Positions 61,470 through 64,000 of a stretch of 64,000 nucleotides of DNA are shown piece by piece. The stretch's first letter is position 1, and every line of letters starts with the position of its first letter. The DNA comes from Pseudomonadota bacterium (GTDB taxonomy: Bacteria; Pseudomonadota; Alphaproteobacteria; Sphingomonadales; Sphingomonadaceae). Where the stretch lies: the NCBI GenBank assembly GCA_039039885.1, contig JBCCPG010000007.1, positions 34,065 to 98,064 of the forward strand, written 5' to 3'. The position numbers and the translations under genes were made by a program. Under the pieces are notes generated by a model. It saw only the letters and a list, made by a program, of their open reading frames with translations, was not told where the DNA came from and searched no databases.

Positions 61470-62168
61470 ATGACGCCAGAGGAAATCGACGCGGAAGAGC
61501 GGGCGCAAGCCTATCGTGAGAAGAAAGCATCGCGGCTCTTCTCGGGCCGAGTCGATTTCCTTTTATCCGCGCCGCAGCTCAAGTTCCTGCCTGATCCTAC
61601 CGTTCCTGAGGTCGCTTTTTGCGGGCGAAGCAATGTCGGCAAATCCTCGCTCCTGAACGCGCTGACGGGGCGCAAGAACATCGCGCGGGCTTCGGTGACA
61701 CCGGGCCGCACGCAGGAGCTCAATTTCTTTGAGGTTGGGGGTGAGGAAGGCGGCACTCCACTGTTCCGTCTGGTCGATATGCCTGGCTATGGCTTTGCCA
61801 AGGCGCCGGTCAAAGTGGTCGAGAGGTGGAAAAGCCTTGTGCGCAGCTATCTGCGTGGACGCGCAGTGCTGGCTCGCAATCTGGTGCTGGTCGACAGCCG
61901 CCACGGGCTCAAGGACGTCGACCGCGAGATGATGAGCATGCTCGATGAGGCGGCTGTGGGCTATCGCATCGTCCTCACCAAGACCGACAAGATCAAGGCA
62001 AGCGCGCTTGAGAAAGTGGGCAATCAGGTTGCGGATGAGGCTAAGAAGCATGTCGCAGCCTTTCCCGAATTGCACCTCACCAGCAGCGAGAAGGGGATGG
62101 GGATCGCGGCCCTTCGCGCCGCATTGGTGGCGGATGCGCTTGGTGAAGAGTGGTTCGCCAAGGGCTGA
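61470..62168 (+). CDS. engB: Ribosome biogenesis GTPase YihA/EngB
   Basis: GRSNVGKSS, TPGRTQ, DMPGYG, TKTDK. Confidence 0.96.
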   Translation: MTPEEIDAEERAQAYREKKASRLFSGRVDFLLSAPQLKFLPDPTVPEVAFCGRSNVGKSSLLNALTGRKNIARASVTPGRTQELNFFEVGGEEGGTPLFRLVDMPGYGFAKAPVKVVERWKSLVRSYLRGRAVLARNLVLVDSRHGLKDVDREMMSMLDEAAVGYRIVLTKTDKIKASALEKVGNQVADEAKKHVAAFPELHLTSSEKGMGIAALRAALVADALGEEWFAKG

Positions 62169-62304
62169 CCGGACCCGGCAAGATGGCGGCGCAAAAGACG
62201 AAAAATCGGACGGCGCCTGCACTTCTTATCGAATTTGAGACGCCTCACTTTGCTATTTTGCCTAGCGCTGGCTCGAGTTTTCAGCAGACAAAGAGCAAGC
62301 CACA

Positions 62305-63432
62305 ATGAACGGTATGGACGAACTCGTGATGAATTGGCGATCGGCCTTGATCGGGCTGATCATGGGCTGTTCGATGATCGCGCTGTTCTATCTTTATCGC
62401 CGCGGGCTTGATCGCAGTGCGGTCGGCTGGCTGGCTGTCTTTGTCATCGCCGCCAATGTCTCAGCGATACCGATGCTGATTGGATTTGCAGGTGCTTATG
62501 ACATCTGGCCGGGGCTGACATTCCTGCCGACGCAAACCGCATTGTTGTTAGGGCCGGCCATTGCCCTTCACGGGCGTGCCTTAATGGTCGGCGGATCAAC
62601 GCGGCGTTTCTGGTGGCTGTTCCTGCCGGGCACAGCTTACTTACTCTATCAGCTTTGGGCCTTCACCATGCTCGGGGATTACCGCGCGAAATGGGCGTTC
62701 AACGATGCGGTGCACGAACCCGTCATCTTCCCTCTGGCGATGGCGAGTGCCACGATTATGATCGCGGTTTCTCTGGTCTATGTCTGGCGTTTGAGGTCGC
62801 AATATCTCGAATGGCTAAAGCACAATCGCTCTGACGATGATCGGTTCAGCCCCGCCTGGGTGACTCATCTTGTTGTGCTTGTCGCGCTGGCGGGCGTGTT
62901 CTGGGCAGCGGAGGTTACGGCTGACCAGCTTTTTGGCTTCACCTATTCCCAGATCTTCCTGTGGGACTTTATCGCTCTGTTTGCGATTTTCATCATCACG
63001 CTCGAAGCGTTGGCGGGCATTGACCGGCCCTTTCCCAAGATGCGGAGCGAAGAAGACAAGCTACGCGAAGATGATCCAGTCCCGACAGAGCGCGATTGGG
63101 TGCTCGAAGGCGCACGGCTCAAAGCGAAGGTGCTCGAGGAACGCTGGCATCTCGAACCCGGATTGAGCCTGCAAGTCCTCTCGCGCCGCTTTGGTACCAA
63201 TCAGGCATATCTCTCGCGCACGATTAATCAGGGTTTAGGAGAGAATTTCAGCACCTTCATCAATGGTCTGAGGGTCGATCACGCCAAGCTTCTGATCGAG
63301 CGCGATACACAGTCGATGATCGATATTGCGCTTTCAGCGGGCTTTGGTTCGAAGGCGAGTTTCAACCGCGCGTTCAAGCAGCACACCGGTCAATCGCCAT
63401 CGGATTATCGGCGCGCCAAGATTGCCGTTTGA
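62305..63432 (+). CDS. Membrane-tethered AraC-family regulator
   Basis: About 7 TMs followed by LSR.IN..LG.NF..FIN..R and GF.SKASFNRAFK..TG.SPS.YR. Confidence 0.9.
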   Translation: MNGMDELVMNWRSALIGLIMGCSMIALFYLYRRGLDRSAVGWLAVFVIAANVSAIPMLIGFAGAYDIWPGLTFLPTQTALLLGPAIALHGRALMVGGSTRRFWWLFLPGTAYLLYQLWAFTMLGDYRAKWAFNDAVHEPVIFPLAMASATIMIAVSLVYVWRLRSQYLEWLKHNRSDDDRFSPAWVTHLVVLVALAGVFWAAEVTADQLFGFTYSQIFLWDFIALFAIFIITLEALAGIDRPFPKMRSEEDKLREDDPVPTERDWVLEGARLKAKVLEERWHLEPGLSLQVLSRRFGTNQAYLSRTINQGLGENFSTFINGLRVDHAKLLIERDTQSMIDIALSAGFGSKASFNRAFKQHTGQSPSDYRRAKIAV

Positions 63433-63553
63433 GCGGGTGTCAAGCCGCCTAGACATCCGGCTCAATTCTTAAAAAGCGTAAGCATTGTGGTCATTTGCAG
63501 CGCGGGACTCGGCCCTGCGGCCTAGAGGCTGCGGCAGCAAAGGAGATCCCCCA

Positions 63554-64000
63554 ATGCGAATGATGAACGTCTCAAATAGTGTGATTGCAAGTCTTGCCGC
63601 AGTGGCTGCGAGTGTCGCAGCGCCTCTTGCCGCGCAAGATGATCCGGCCAAGCGTTGGCTCAGCCCTGATCAAGTGGCGAGTGACATGGCTTTGGCCGAA
63701 GAGGCCTATTCGCGCATCCATCCCGGCTATACGCGCTATGCCAGCGTAGAAGAGATGCGCAACGCATGGGCGAGCATCGTTATGCAAGCCGAGACCGACG
63801 GCGGAATGGCTGTCGGTGACCTTTATCTCGCTGTGCAATTGGCGCTGACCAATATTCGCTGCGACCACACCAAGGCTGAATTGCCGCGCGCGCTACGTGA
63901 TGCGCGGATCGGCCAGCCGCTCTATCTGCCGTTCCGTTGGGAGCTGATCGAGGGGCGCGGCATCATCGCCAATCCTGGCCAAGGGACCGGCCTTGTAAGG
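63554..64000 (+). CDS. Secreted protein, probable S41-family peptidase (3'-truncated; not in ORF track)
   Basis: AGGAG RBS; signal peptide then D......AYSRIHPGY.RY, IRCDHT, LPF.W, typical of S41 N-termini; catalytic region lies outside the window. Confidence 0.65.
   Translation, partial: MRMMNVSNSVIASLAAVAASVAAPLAAQDDPAKRWLSPDQVASDMALAEEAYSRIHPGYTRYASVEEMRNAWASIVMQAETDGGMAVGDLYLAVQLALTNIRCDHTKAELPRALRDARIGQPLYLPFRWELIEGRGIIANPGQGTGLVR

Overview
Alphaproteobacterial chromosome segment. Gene content and order suggest Sphingomonadales/Erythrobacteraceae; this is inferred, not database-checked. (1) 1-3.1 kb: tail of a PqqD/RRE, ABC transporter and nucleotidyltransferase module. (2) About 3.3-28 kb: a large, multi-orientation Wzx/Wzy-type capsule/EPS locus with rmlACDB, acyl- and methyltransferases, glycosyltransferases, wzx, wzy-like, wzc, wza, wecBC and pssDE-like genes. 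Embedded in it is a translationally coupled pair resembling the gene-transfer-agent head-spike base (Rcc01079/GhsA family) plus a beta-helix fibre-like protein, which is the top finding. (3) 28-38.6 kb: CoA transferase, MaoC, a DUF3604/PPIase/HupE-UreJ triad and a TetR-controlled tripartite ABC exporter with a clear double operator. (4) 38.7-64 kb: mostly core genes (ftsH, rpoZ, dnaB, cdd, galE, ykgO, recQ, comM, rpmH-rnpA-yidD-yidC-engB) interspersed with a catalytically degenerate GH25, a secreted CpcT-like protein and a candidate 3'-UTR sRNA with anti-SD loops. No CRISPR array, tRNA, rRNA, IS or integrase was seen. All family calls come from motif recognition by eye.
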